Shown here: positions 46,087-56,719 of the stretch, piece after piece
Numbering within the stretch: the stretch's first letter is position 1
Layout: each line of letters starts with the position of its first letter
DNA from: Acidobacteriota bacterium
GTDB lineage: Bacteria > Acidobacteriota > Thermoanaerobaculia > Multivoradales > JAHZIX01
Reading direction: 5' to 3'
Length of the DNA: 64,000 bases
Assembly: GCA_034211275.1 (NCBI GenBank)
Contig: JAXHTF010000008.1
Span: 10,431 to 74,430 of the forward strand
The notes under the pieces: generated by a model
Seen by the model: the letters and a program-made list of their open reading frames with translations, nothing else
Database searches by the model: none
Told to the model about the DNA's origin: nothing
Program-made: the position numbers and the translations under genes

Positions 46087-47999
46087 GGCGTCCCCACCAG
46101 GGAGCCCTCACCTTGGCGCAGGGTGTGGTAGCGCCCCGGGGCCGGCGAGTCCCAGCGCTCGACGGCGCCATCCGGCCAGTGAACGGTCAGAGCATCAGCG
46201 GAAGCGCCGGGTAACGCGAAGAGCACCCGGGGATCGTTGGCGGAAGCGAAGGAAGCGTCGGAGCGCACTCGGCGCCAAAGCGTCCGGCCGTCGGAAAGCT
46301 CCAGCGCCAACCGAGCCCCCAAGGCGTCGCGGCCCGGATCTCCTACCAACACCCGCACCCCGAGCCAGCTCCGCGGCGGCGATTGATTGATCATCAGCCG
46401 CACGGGGCCGTTGTTGTTGGTCACCACGATGTCCGGATCGCCGTCATTGTCGACATCCCCCACGGCGGCCCCCCGGCTCACCTCGGAAAGCTCGAAGACT
46501 TTCCCTGCCCTGGCCGTGACCTCCTCGAAGCCCCGGCCCTGGAGGTTGCGGAAGAGCTGGTTGGGCTGGCGCATGGGATGAGGATCACCAGCCTCTACTT
46601 GCTCGCGGATACGCCGCACTTCACCGTTGGCCACGAAGAGGTCGAGCCAGCCGTCGCCGTCGTAGTCGAGCCAGGCGGTCCCGAAGGAGGTGTAGGGCCA
46701 GCTGGGCGCTCCCAAAGAGATAGCGGCGGTAGCGTCGGTGAATCCCCCGTGGCCGTCGTTGCGGTAAAGAGTGTTGGTCTCGTTGCTCAGATGGGTGAGG
46801 AAGATGTCCTCGTCACCGTCGCCGTCAAAGTCGGCGGCGTCCACGCCCATACTCGCTTCCATATCCCCCACCAGATTGACCGCCGCACCGGAGAGCAGCG
46901 CCGAGTCCTCGAGGCTCCCGTCGGACCGGCTGCGCCATAGCTGATTCTCGTATTGGTCGTTGGCCACATAGACATCGAGGGCGCCATCGCCATCGAAATC
47001 CGCCGTCGCCACCCCCAGCCCCGCCGCCGGCGGCGCCAGGGTGAGCGACTCGAAGGTGCCGTCCCGGCGATTGCGCAGCACCACATCCGCCTGGGGCTCG
47101 AAGGCGAGGGGACCGCAATAGTCCACCGCCGAGGAAGGAGCAAAGCACGGCTTGTGGTTGTCGAAGGTGAAGCGCACATAGTTGACGACGTAGAGGTCCA
47201 GCCAACCGTCACCGTCCAGATCCACGAAGGCGGCGCTGCTACTCCACCCGGGGTCCCCCGCGCCGGCGGCGTCGGTGACGTCTTCGAAAGTACCGTCACC
47301 GCGATTGCGCCACAGCTGGTTGCGCCCCCAGAGGACGACGTAAAGGTCGGTCCAGCCATCGTTGTCGTAGTCGCCGGCGGCGACCCCCAAGGCATAGCCG
47401 CGGCCGTCGATGCCGCTCTCCTCGGTGACGTCGGTAAAGCGCAGAGCTCCTCCCTCCGCCACGGCACTCCCCCCCGCCGAAGCTTGGGACACCAACTCGT
47501 TGCGGTAGAGGCGATCCCGGTGAGGTGTCGCCGTCTCCTCCGGACCCAGAGGATTGCCCTGGGGGAAGAAAACGTCCAGATCGCCGTCCCGGTCGTAGTC
47601 CACCAGGGCGACGCCGGATCCCAACATCTCGACGAAATAGAGCTCACCGCTCATGCCGTTGCGGTGCACGAAATCGAGCCCCGCCGCCTCCGCACGGTCG
47701 ACGAAGAGCTCCTCCACCAGCTCTTCAACCCCCAGCTCCGCGCCGCTTGCGGAGTCAGCCTCTCCCGCCGCCGAAGCCTCCAGCGGGTCGGCCTCCGGCG
47801 TCTCTCCCCCACAGCCGGTGAGCCCGAGCGGGGCCAAAAGCGCAAAAATCAAGGCGACGATCCCCGAGAGCGAGCTTCCCAAGGTCGCGAAATACAGTGC
47901 ACTTCCGAGCCCTCTTGCGGCGAGCTGCGGGTCGCTTTTCAGCAGCGTTCTGCTGCCTTGTTGATCGGCCATCTGCGAAAGATTATCCCAACGCTCCAC
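46083..47999 (-). CDS. CRTAC1-family protein (FG-GAP/VCBS repeats plus ASPIC/UnbV C-terminal domain), lipoprotein
   Basis: Repeated DxDGDGxxD calcium-binding FG-GAP motifs (DYDRDGDLDVF, DLDGDGWLDLYV, DFDGDGDEDIF, DYDGDGWLDLFV). C-terminal ASPIC-like domain. Lipobox LTGCGG. Confidence 0.75.
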   Translation of the reverse strand: MERWDNLSQMADQQGSRTLLKSDPQLAARGLGSALYFATLGSSLSGIVALIFALLAPLGLTGCGGETPEADPLEASAAGEADSASGAELGVEELVEELFVDRAEAAGLDFVHRNGMSGELYFVEMLGSGVALVDYDRDGDLDVFFPQGNPLGPEETATPHRDRLYRNELVSQASAGGSAVAEGGALRFTDVTEESGIDGRGYALGVAAGDYDNDGWTDLYVVLWGRNQLWRNRGDGTFEDVTDAAGAGDPGWSSSAAFVDLDGDGWLDLYVVNYVRFTFDNHKPCFAPSSAVDYCGPLAFEPQADVVLRNRRDGTFESLTLAPPAAGLGVATADFDGDGALDVYVANDQYENQLWRSRSDGSLEDSALLSGAAVNLVGDMEASMGVDAADFDGDGDEDIFLTHLSNETNTLYRNDGHGGFTDATAAISLGAPSWPYTSFGTAWLDYDGDGWLDLFVANGEVRRIREQVEAGDPHPMRQPNQLFRNLQGRGFEEVTARAGKVFELSEVSRGAAVGDVDNDGDPDIVVTNNNGPVRLMINQSPPRSWLGVRVLVGDPGRDALGARLALELSDGRTLWRRVRSDASFASANDPRVLFALPGASADALTVHWPDGAVERWDSPAPGRYHTLRQGEGSLVGTP

Positions 48000-48061
48000 C
48001 GGAAGCCCACGACGGTCCGCTCAAACCCCGGCAGCCTCTTGTTCAGGCCCCGGACTCAAGC

Positions 48062-48089
48062 TTGACAAAAGCCCATCGGCAGATATCAT
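48062..48089 (+). promoter_or_regulatory. candidate sigma-70 promoter (TTGACA-16 nt-TATCAT) for the Rrf2-suf operon
   Basis: TTGACA at 48062-48067 and TATCAT at 48084-48089 read directly. Followed at 48097-48120 by an imperfect inverted repeat around GGTACC (AACGGTACCattcgGGTACGGTT), a possible operator. Confidence 0.35.
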
Positions 48090-48153
48090 GATCATGAAAC
48101 GGTACCATTCGGGTACGGTTTTCTCAGACCGCCATTCAGCACGAGCTCCAACT

Positions 48154-48657
48154 ATGATTCGCATCACCAAACAAACCGACTATGGAATCGTCCTCCTGAC
48201 CCACATGATCGGCCAGGAAGAGCACCGATTCAGCGCCGGCGAGCTGGCCGAAGAGACTCGGCTACCGGCCCCCATGGTCAGCAAGATTTTGAAGATTCTA
48301 GCCCGGGAAGGCCTGCTCGACTCCCACCGCGGTGTCAAGGGTGGCTATTCCCTCCGGCGATCCGCGGAGGAGATCTCCGTCGCCGAGATCATCGGCGCCA
48401 TCGAGGGTCCCATCGGGATCACCGAGTGCATCGACGATGCGGCGGGTGAATGCGGGTTCGCATCCTTCTGCGGCCTGAGAAGCAATTGGAATCAGATCAA
48501 CAACGCCATTCGCGAGACGCTGGAGAAAATCACCCTGGCGGAGATGACCCCGCCGTCGGCCCCGGATCCATCGAAGCCAGATTCATCGGATTCCGTGCAG
48601 CCGGCTTCGACCCAACTGGTGAGTCTCGGCGAGAGCGTCGCCCTCGAGGCGCGATAA
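48154..48657 (+). CDS. Rrf2-family transcriptional regulator (IscR/SufR-like)
   Basis: N-terminal w[21 protein letters not shown]...[26 protein letters not shown]. Three Cys ([15 protein letters not shown]) are positioned like the IscR Fe-S ligands. Confidence 0.8.
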   Translation: MIRITKQTDYGIVLLTHMIGQEEHRFSAGELAEETRLPAPMVSKILKILAREGLLDSHRGVKGGYSLRRSAEEISVAEIIGAIEGPIGITECIDDAAGECGFASFCGLRSNWNQINNAIRETLEKITLAEMTPPSAPDPSKPDSSDSVQPASTQLVSLGESVALEAR

Positions 48658-48742
48658 GGGCGAAAGGGAGCCGGCCGGCGCCGGCGCCCTGCCAAACCAA
48701 AGAACGCCCACCCGAGGAAGCAAGCGAGAGGAATCGAAAAGC

Positions 48743-50188
48743 ATGTCGACTCAAATGCTCGAAAAAATGGCCGAACAGGACTACGAGTTCGGCTTCGTCA
48801 CCGATATCGAACAGGACACCTTCCCGCCGGGTCTCAACGAGGACGTCATCCGGGCCCTGTCGGCGAAGAAGCAGGAACCCCAGTGGATGCTCGAATGGCG
48901 GCTCAAGGCCTTCCGCCACTGGCAGAAGATGACCGAGCCGGAGTGGGCCAACGTCGATTACGAGCCGGTGGACTATCAGGCCATCAGCTACTACTCCGCT
49001 CCCAAGTCGGCGGAGGATCGCCCCAAGAGCCTCGACGAGGTGGACCCGGAGCTGCTGGAGACCTACAACAAGCTGGGCATCCCGCTCAAGGAGCAGGAAA
49101 TGCTCGCCGGCGTCGCCGTCGACGCGGTCTTCGACAGCGTCTCCGTGGCCACCACCTTCCGCGACAAGCTCTCGGAGATGGGAATCGTCTTCTGCTCCAT
49201 GTCCGAGGCGCTGCAGGAGCATCCGGAGCTGGTGCAGAAGTACCTCGGCACGGTGGTGCCCTACACGGACAATTTCTTCGCCGCCCTCAACTCGGCGGTG
49301 TTCAGCGACGGCTCCTTCGTCTTCGTGCCCAAGGGCGTGCGCTGTCCCATGGAGCTGTCCACCTACTTCCGCATCAACGCCATGAACACCGGCCAGTTCG
49401 AGCGCACCCTCATCGTCGCCGAGGAAAGCTCCTACGTCAGCTACCTGGAGGGCTGCACCGCCCCCATGCGCGACGAGAATCAGCTGCACGCCGCGGTGGT
49501 GGAGCTGGTGGCCCTGGACGACGCCCAGATCAAGTACTCGACGGTGCAGAATTGGTATCCCGGCGACAAGGAGACCGGCAAGGGCGGCATCTACAACTTC
49601 GTCACCAAGCGCGGCCTGTGCAAGGGCAACCGCTCGAAGATCTCCTGGACCCAGGTGGAGACCGGCTCCGCCATCACCTGGAAGTACCCCAGCTGCATTT
49701 TGATGGGGGACGACACGGTGGGTGAGTTCTACAGCGTCGCCCTGACCAAGGGCCGCCAGCAAGCGGATACCGGCACCAAAATGGTGCACATGGGCAAGAA
49801 CACTTCCAGCACCATCATCTCCAAGGGCATCTCCGCCGGCCGGGGCCAGAATACCTACCGTGGCCAGGTGAAGATCCTCAAGGGGGCGGAAAACGCCCGC
49901 AACTTCTCCCAATGCGACTCCATGCTCATCGGTGACCGCTGCGGCGCCCACACCTTCCCCTACATCGACGTCGGCAACCCGACGGCGCGCATGGAGCACG
50001 AGGCCACCACCTCGAAGATCGGAGAGGACCAGATCTTCTACTGCAACCAGCGGGGGATCGACACCGAAGACGCCGTGTCCATGATCGTCAACGGCTTCTG
50101 CAAGGAGGTCTTCCGGGAGCTTCCCATGGAGTTCGCCGTCGAAGCCCAAAAGCTGCTGGAGATCAATCTGGAGGGCAGCGTCGGCTGA
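48743..50188 (+). CDS. sufB: Fe-S cluster assembly protein SufB
   Basis: 481 aa. SufB/SufD beta-helix core with SufB-specific N-terminal region. Confidence 0.9.
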   Translation: MSTQMLEKMAEQDYEFGFVTDIEQDTFPPGLNEDVIRALSAKKQEPQWMLEWRLKAFRHWQKMTEPEWANVDYEPVDYQAISYYSAPKSAEDRPKSLDEVDPELLETYNKLGIPLKEQEMLAGVAVDAVFDSVSVATTFRDKLSEMGIVFCSMSEALQEHPELVQKYLGTVVPYTDNFFAALNSAVFSDGSFVFVPKGVRCPMELSTYFRINAMNTGQFERTLIVAEESSYVSYLEGCTAPMRDENQLHAAVVELVALDDAQIKYSTVQNWYPGDKETGKGGIYNFVTKRGLCKGNRSKISWTQVETGSAITWKYPSCILMGDDTVGEFYSVALTKGRQQADTGTKMVHMGKNTSSTIISKGISAGRGQNTYRGQVKILKGAENARNFSQCDSMLIGDRCGAHTFPYIDVGNPTARMEHEATTSKIGEDQIFYCNQRGIDTEDAVSMIVNGFCKEVFRELPMEFAVEAQKLLEINLEGSVG

Positions 50189-50313
50189 TCCGCCGGCTCG
50201 CCCGCGGCGCCACAAGCTCGCGCGGGACCGGCCGGCTGTCGCCGGCTCCTCCCGCTGCTCGTCAAGACTAGAAATCCAGGCCGGTGCGCCGGTCTGTTCG
50301 CCAAGGAGTCGTC

Positions 50314-51084
<771 letters not shown>

Positions 51085-51098
51085 GGGGGGAGAGCACC

Positions 51099-52454
51099 AT
51101 GCAAGCAGTGGCAGAGCAGACCCCCTATCTGGCGGAATTCGACCGCGTCCTCGCCGAGCGCGCCGGCAGCGAGCCGGAGCCGGTTCAGAAGCAGCGCCGC
51201 ATCGCCATCGAGCGCTTCCGCGAGGCCGGCTTCCCGACCATCAAGCAGGAAGCCTGGCGCAACACCAACGTCAAGGCCATCGCCCAGGGCAGCTTCACCC
51301 CGGTCACCACGCCGGCTCGCCTGACCCAGGACGACCTGGCGCCGCACCTCTACGCCGGCACCAGCCGGCTGACCTTCGTCGACGGCCGCTACGCGCCGGA
51401 GCTGTCGAGCCCGCCGGAGCTGCCCGCGGGGGTGATCGCCGGCAGCCTCGCCCAGGCCCTCCAGGAGCATCCCGGAGAGGTTCTAGAGCACCTGGGCCGC
51501 TACGCCACCGTCGATGGCAGTCACCCCTATAGCGCGACGATCAAAGATCACGCCTTCGCTGCCCTCAACGGCGCTTACTTCGCCGACGGTGTCTTCCTCT
51601 ACCTGCCCAAGGGAGCGGTAGTGGAAGAGCCCATCCAGCTGCTCTTCATCGCCGCCACCCCTGGAGCCGCCATTTATCCGCGGCTGCTGCTGGTGGCCGG
51701 CGAGAACAGTCAGGCGACGGTGGTGGAGCATTACGTGGCGGCCACCGACGAGGCCTATTTCACCTGTCCGGTGACCGAAGTGGTGCTCGCCGACAACGCT
51801 GTCCTGGACCACTACAAGGTGCAAAAGGAAGGCCTCGCCGCTCACCACGTGGCGGTGCAGCAGTCCTATCAGAGCCGTTCCAGCACCCTGCGCTCCCACT
51901 CCGTCTCGGTGGGTGGTGGTCTGGTGCGCAACGACCTCAACGCCGTTCTCGACGCCGAGGGCATCACCTGCATCTTGAACGGCCTGTATCTGGTGGACGG
52001 CGAGCAACACGTGGACAACCACATGCGGGTCGACCACGCCAAGCCCAACTGCTACAGCCACGAGCTGTACAAGGGCGTGCTCGGCGGCAAAGCCCGCTCG
52101 GTGTTCAACGGTTTGATCCACGTCCACGAGGACGCCCAGAAGACCGACGCGGTGCAGTCCAACCGCAACCTCCTGCTGTCGCCGGGGGCCCTGGCCAGCT
52201 CCAACCCGCAGCTGGAGATCTTCGCCGACGACGTTCGCTGTACCCATGGTTCCACCATCGGCCAGCTGGACGACGACGCCATCTTCTACCTGCGCTCCCG
52301 CGGCATCGGTGCCGAGGCCGCCCGTAGCCTGCTGACCTACGCCTTCGCCAGCGACATCGTCGAGCGCATCAAGGTCGACAGCGTGCGGGAGGACCTGGCG
52401 GAGCTGCTCTTCCATCGCCTGCCCCAGGGCGAGATCGTCCGCCAGGCAGTTTGA
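51099..52454 (+). CDS. sufD: Fe-S cluster assembly protein SufD
   Basis: About 450 aa SufB/D-family paralogue in the canonical position after sufC. Confidence 0.85.
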   Translation: MQAVAEQTPYLAEFDRVLAERAGSEPEPVQKQRRIAIERFREAGFPTIKQEAWRNTNVKAIAQGSFTPVTTPARLTQDDLAPHLYAGTSRLTFVDGRYAPELSSPPELPAGVIAGSLAQALQEHPGEVLEHLGRYATVDGSHPYSATIKDHAFAALNGAYFADGVFLYLPKGAVVEEPIQLLFIAATPGAAIYPRLLLVAGENSQATVVEHYVAATDEAYFTCPVTEVVLADNAVLDHYKVQKEGLAAHHVAVQQSYQSRSSTLRSHSVSVGGGLVRNDLNAVLDAEGITCILNGLYLVDGEQHVDNHMRVDHAKPNCYSHELYKGVLGGKARSVFNGLIHVHEDAQKTDAVQSNRNLLLSPGALASSNPQLEIFADDVRCTHGSTIGQLDDDAIFYLRSRGIGAEAARSLLTYAFASDIVERIKVDSVREDLAELLFHRLPQGEIVRQAV

Positions 52455-53824
52455 TTCCGAGGCTCCCGATGCCCGAGACCGCGACCGCACCCACGGCCCC
52501 CATCTCCGACCAGCAGGGCTCGCGCCCGCAGGAGAAGGCCGACAACCATCCCGAGCTCGGAGCCTCGCTCCCATCCCGGCAGCAAACGGCAACCGGGCCA
52601 CCGGTGCGGGGCTGGGACGTCGAAGCGGTCCGCGGCGACTTCCCCGGTCTTGCCCGGAAGATCGGGGATCATCCCCTGGTCTACCTCGACAACGCCGCCT
52701 CGGCGCAGAAACCCCGATCGGTGATCGACGCCATCACCACCTGCTACGAGAACGGCTACGCCAACATCCACCGCGGCGTCCACCGTCTGTCTCAGGAAGC
52801 CACCGCCACCTACGAGGGGGCCCGACGGACCGTCGCGGAATTCCTCAACGCCGCCGAGGACGAGATCATCTTCGTTCGCGGCGCCACCGAGGGCATCAAC
52901 CTGGTGGCCCACAGCTTCCTGGCTCCGCGCCTCGAACCCGGCGACGAAGTGCTGGTGTCGGAGATGGAGCACCACGCCAACATCGTTCCCTGGCAGCTGG
53001 CCTGCGAAGCCCGCGGCGCCCGCCTGCGGGTGTTGCCCATGGACGATCGCGGCGAGCTGCGCATCGACGAGCTGGACGACCTTCTGACCGACCGTACGCG
53101 GCTGCTGGCGGTGACCCAGGTCTCCAATGCTCTGGGCACCGTCAATCCGCTGCCGGAGGTCCTCGCCGCGGCCCACCAGCGCGGCGTCCCGGTGCTGGTG
53201 GACGGCGCTCAGGCGGTACCCCACGGAGCGGTGGACGTGGCCGCCCTGGGAGCCGATTTCTACGTCTTCTCCGGCCACAAGGTCTTCGGCCCCGCGGGCA
53301 TCGGCGTGCTCTTCGCCCGACGCTCGCTGCTCGAGTCCATGCCCCCGTACCAGGGCGGCGGCGATATGATCCGCCGGGTGACGTTCGAAGGCACCACCTT
53401 CGCCCCACCGCCGGGACGCTTCGAAGCCGGTACCCCCAACATCGAGGGCGCCGTCGGCCTGGCGGCGGCACTGGACTACCTCCAAGGCCTCGACCAGAAG
53501 GCGCTGACAGCCCACGAACAAGAACTCTTGAGCACCGCCACCGAGCGTCTGCAAAGCCTGCCCGGGGCACGACTGGTGGGGACGCCCCGGCATCGCCGGG
53601 GCGCGGTCTCCTTCGTCCTCGACGGGATCCACCCGCACGACATCGGCACCATTCTCGACCAGCGGGGTATCGCCATCCGCGCCGGTCACCACTGTGCCCA
53701 ACCGGTGATGGACCACTTCCGGGTCCCGGCCACGGTGCGTGCGTCCTTCGCCTTCTACAACACCCCGTCGGAGGTGGACGCCCTCCTCGACGGACTGGCG
53801 GAGGTGGTGGAGATCTTCAGCTGA
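52451..53824 (+). CDS. sufS: cysteine desulfurase SufS (class V aminotransferase)
   Basis: PLP-binding SGHKVFGP (Lys) and the catalytic-loop region. The TTG at 52451 overlaps the sufD stop (TTGA); an alternative ATG lies at 52469. Confidence 0.9.
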   Translation: MIPRLPMPETATAPTAPISDQQGSRPQEKADNHPELGASLPSRQQTATGPPVRGWDVEAVRGDFPGLARKIGDHPLVYLDNAASAQKPRSVIDAITTCYENGYANIHRGVHRLSQEATATYEGARRTVAEFLNAAEDEIIFVRGATEGINLVAHSFLAPRLEPGDEVLVSEMEHHANIVPWQLACEARGARLRVLPMDDRGELRIDELDDLLTDRTRLLAVTQVSNALGTVNPLPEVLAAAHQRGVPVLVDGAQAVPHGAVDVAALGADFYVFSGHKVFGPAGIGVLFARRSLLESMPPYQGGGDMIRRVTFEGTTFAPPPGRFEAGTPNIEGAVGLAAALDYLQGLDQKALTAHEQELLSTATERLQSLPGARLVGTPRHRRGAVSFVLDGIHPHDIGTILDQRGIAIRAGHHCAQPVMDHFRVPATVRASFAFYNTPSEVDALLDGLAEVVEIFS

Positions 53825-54282
53825 TGTCCGATCTGCGCGAGCTCTACCAGGAAGTGATCCTGGATCACAACAAGCAGCCGCGGAATTTCTGCGTGCTGGA
53901 GGCGGCGGATCGCCAGGCCGAAGGTCACAACCCGTTGTGCGGCGACCGCGTGACAGTGTATCTGGAGCTCGATGGCGAGCGCGTGCGCCGCATCACTTTC
54001 CAAGGCGTCGGCTGCGCTATTTCCCAGGCCTCGGCCTCGATGATGACCGAGGCGCTGGAGGGCAAGACCCTCGATGAAGCGCGGCACCTCTTCCAACACT
54101 TCCGGCGGATGCTGACGGAAGACGCAGGAGATCCCGCGAAGAGCGACGACCTGGGCAAGCTGGAGATCTTCGCCGGCGTCAAGCAATACCCCATGCGGGT
54201 CAAGTGCGCCACCCTGCCCTGGCATACTCTGCGAGCTGCCCTCGACGCCGACGACGCTCCTTCCACTGTGACGACCGAATGA
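53824..54282 (+). CDS. sufU: SUF-system Fe-S scaffold SufU (NifU/IscU-like)
   Basis: TGATG overlap with sufS. Conserved Cys ligands NPLCGD ... GVGCAI ... VKCATLPW. Confidence 0.8.
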   Translation: MSDLRELYQEVILDHNKQPRNFCVLEAADRQAEGHNPLCGDRVTVYLELDGERVRRITFQGVGCAISQASASMMTEALEGKTLDEARHLFQHFRRMLTEDAGDPAKSDDLGKLEIFAGVKQYPMRVKCATLPWHTLRAALDADDAPSTVTTE

Positions 54283-54322
54283 CCCGTCCCACGATCAGCG
54301 CCTAGAACAGAAAGGGAACCCC

Positions 54323-54685
54323 ATGTCCGAAGCGACCGTCGAAGAAAAGACCGCCCCGGCGGAAGCCCCCGCGACCGACGGGCCACCGTCCCTGGAAGAC
54401 CGCGTCGTCGACCAGATCAAGACCGTTTACGATCCCGAGATCCCGGTCAACATCTACGACCTGGGCCTGATCTACGATGTCGAGGTGGATGGTGCCAACG
54501 TGCACATCCGCATGACCCTCACCTCCCCTGCCTGCCCCGTCGCCGGCACCCTGCCCGGCGATGTCGAGCAGCGGGTGGCCGCGGTCCACGGTGTCGATGA
54601 ATGCGAGGTGGAGCTGGTGTGGGATCCGGTATGGAACCCGGAGATGATGACCGAAGAGGCCAAGCTCGAGCTGGGCTTCTTTTGA
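54323..54685 (+). CDS. sufT: Fe-S assembly protein SufT (DUF59/MIP18 family)
   Basis: VYDPEIPVNIYDLGLIY...MTLTSPACPVAG matches the DUF59 signature. Confidence 0.75.
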   Translation: MSEATVEEKTAPAEAPATDGPPSLEDRVVDQIKTVYDPEIPVNIYDLGLIYDVEVDGANVHIRMTLTSPACPVAGTLPGDVEQRVAAVHGVDECEVELVWDPVWNPEMMTEEAKLELGFF

Positions 54686-54746
54686 TCGCCGGTCCGTCCC
54701 GCGCAGAACGCTACTTCCCAACCCGGGCCTGGGAGGAGGAAAGGCC

Positions 54747-55958
54747 ATGAGCCGAAGAGTTTTTTCCATTCCGTCTTGGGCCCTGCCTCTACTCGCTCTC
54801 GCCGGCGGCATCCTGGCCCTAGCCTGGCTTCCCCTGACCTCCAACGGCGCGGGCTCCCCTCCTCCAGCGACCGCCGGCCCAGCCCACGCCGCCACTCCGA
54901 GCTCCAGCGAAGAGCCGAGCCGACCCTTCCTCCGCGGCATGACCGTCACCTGCCCCCGCCACGGCGAAATCTGGGGCTCCCCCGCCATGGGCGACGCCCT
55001 GGACCAACTGCGCGACCTGGGCGTCGGATCGGTGGCCATTCATCCCTATGCGCGCATCGAGCGGGATGGCACCGTGCGCCACCGCCCCGCCGCCGGCACC
55101 GGCTATTTGGGCCGCGCTGCGAGCATCGCACGACAACACGAGATGGCCCTCTTCTGGAAACCCCATCTGGCCTATTGGGGCAATTACGAATGGCGCGGGG
55201 AGATCGGCTTCGGTGACGACGAGGCCGCATGGCAGCGCTTCTTCGACACCTACCGGGCCTTCATCGTCGACCAGGCCGCCTTTGCAGCCCAGGTCGGCGT
55301 TCCCCTCTTCGCCGTCGGCGTCGAGCTGGAGAAGACCGTCCATCGGGAAGCCCAGTGGCGAGAGGTCATCGCCGCCGTGCGGCAGGTCTATCCCGGCCAG
55401 ATCACCTACGCCGCCAACTGGGACGGGGTCGAGAACGTGCCGTTTTGGGACGCTGTGGACGTTCTCGGCGTCCAGGCCTATTTTCCTCTCGCAGACGGGC
55501 CTCTTGCAGACGGGCCTCTTGCAGACGGGCCTCTTTCGGACGGATCCCCGTCCGCAGGGTCTCTCGACGGGCGGGACTCGGCCTCCCGAGAGCTGCGATC
55601 CAAGTTGCAGTTGAAGCTGGAGAGCAGCTGGGATCGCCACCTGGCTCAACTCGAAACTCTGTCCCGAGACCACGGCGGGCTGCCGGTGCTGTTCACCGAG
55701 ATCGGCTACAACCGGTCCTCCAAAGCCGCCTGGGAACCGTGGAGCTACCAGGTGGAGAACAACTCTCAAACCCGCATCCTGCGCGTCCAGCTGATGGAGA
55801 CGGCGCTGCGCCGGGCGCAGCGGGCCCCCTTCGTGTCCGGCCTGTTCTGGTGGAAGTGGATGCCCGGCCACTCCGCCGGCCGCTCCAACTTCTCCATGCG
55901 CGACGCCGAGGCCCGAGACGTGTTGCGACGACATTGGGCCACCACCACCGCTCGCTGA
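54747..55958 (+). CDS. secreted clan GH-A-like glycoside-hydrolase-family protein with PLADG repeat insert
   Basis: Signal peptide. LFTEIGY (candidate nucleophile Glu) and LFWWKW near the C-terminus, paralogous to the C-domain of the kinase fusion at 8146. In-frame repeat PLADGPLADGPLADGPLSDG. Confidence 0.5.
   Translation: MSRRVFSIPSWALPLLALAGGILALAWLPLTSNGAGSPPPATAGPAHAATPSSSEEPSRPFLRGMTVTCPRHGEIWGSPAMGDALDQLRDLGVGSVAIHPYARIERDGTVRHRPAAGTGYLGRAASIARQHEMALFWKPHLAYWGNYEWRGEIGFGDDEAAWQRFFDTYRAFIVDQAAFAAQVGVPLFAVGVELEKTVHREAQWREVIAAVRQVYPGQITYAANWDGVENVPFWDAVDVLGVQAYFPLADGPLADGPLADGPLSDGSPSAGSLDGRDSASRELRSKLQLKLESSWDRHLAQLETLSRDHGGLPVLFTEIGYNRSSKAAWEPWSYQVENNSQTRILRVQLMETALRRAQRAPFVSGLFWWKWMPGHSAGRSNFSMRDAEARDVLRRHWATTTAR
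55485..55544. repeat. 4 x 15-bp in-frame tandem repeat (CCTCTTGCAGACGGG) encoding (PLADG)n
   Basis: Units at 55485-55499, 55500-55514 and 55515-55529 read directly. The unit at 55530-55544 is degenerate. Confidence 0.85.
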
Positions 55959-56100
55959 GCTCCTTCACGGGAAGCTGGAAAACTGGAAGAAGCGCGGGGG
56001 TGGGAATTCCCCGGGGGCAGCTGATAAGCTGACCAATGCTCCCTCCCGACAACTTCCGGAAAGCCCGAGTTTTTAGCAACGATCAGTAGGAGGAAGGGAT

Positions 56101-56697
56101 ATGGCATTAGCCAAGACATCGATCCGCGGCATGGATCGCCTGGTCGACCGCCTCGACGAGGCGGTGCGCCTGTCCAACGTCGCGGACATCACCGAGAGCT
56201 TGAAGCATCACCTGTGCGAGATGGTCGAGGAGGGAGACCTCGATCTGCCGGAGGATTTCTGCACTCCCTGCGAGGATCACTATGCCCGCCGCCTGCTCTA
56301 CCGCAGCGAGGATCTGGGCTACGTCGTGGTGGCGATGATCTGGGGCCCCAACCAGGGCACCCCCCTGCACGATCACGCCGGCTCCTGGTGCGTCGAGGGT
56401 GTCTACAAGGGCCAGATCGAGGTGACCCAATACGAGCTCCTGGAACACGACGGCCAGCGCTACCGCTTTCAGCGTCAGGAAACGGTGCGCACCGGCGTCG
56501 CCACCGCCGGCAGCCTGATTCCACCCTTCGAGCACCACACCATCTGCAACGCCAACGGCGACTCCACCGCCGTCACCCTGCACGTCTATGGCCGGGAGAT
56601 GGAGCGCTGCTCCATTTTCGAGCCGGTGGCGGATTCGTCCTCCGACCAGCATCATTGGTACGCCCGGCAGACCCGGCCGCTCTCCTACGACAACTAA
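56101..56697 (+). CDS. cysteine dioxygenase type I-like cupin protein
   Basis: Cupin motifs GTPLHDHAGSW and HTICN...LHVYG typical of CDO/3-mercaptopropionate dioxygenase-like proteins. Strong AGGAGGAAGGG ribosome-binding site. Confidence 0.65.
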   Translation: MALAKTSIRGMDRLVDRLDEAVRLSNVADITESLKHHLCEMVEEGDLDLPEDFCTPCEDHYARRLLYRSEDLGYVVVAMIWGPNQGTPLHDHAGSWCVEGVYKGQIEVTQYELLEHDGQRYRFQRQETVRTGVATAGSLIPPFEHHTICNANGDSTAVTLHVYGREMERCSIFEPVADSSSDQHHWYARQTRPLSYDN

Positions 56698-56719
56698 GCG
56701 TCCCAGCGGAAGACTGCTT

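Noticed and set aside
54819-55934. 371-aa minus-strand ORF antisense to the GH-A-like gene
   Set aside because: It is a shadow ORF with no signal peptide or domain features. The plus-strand frame has a signal peptide and the catalytic TE motif.
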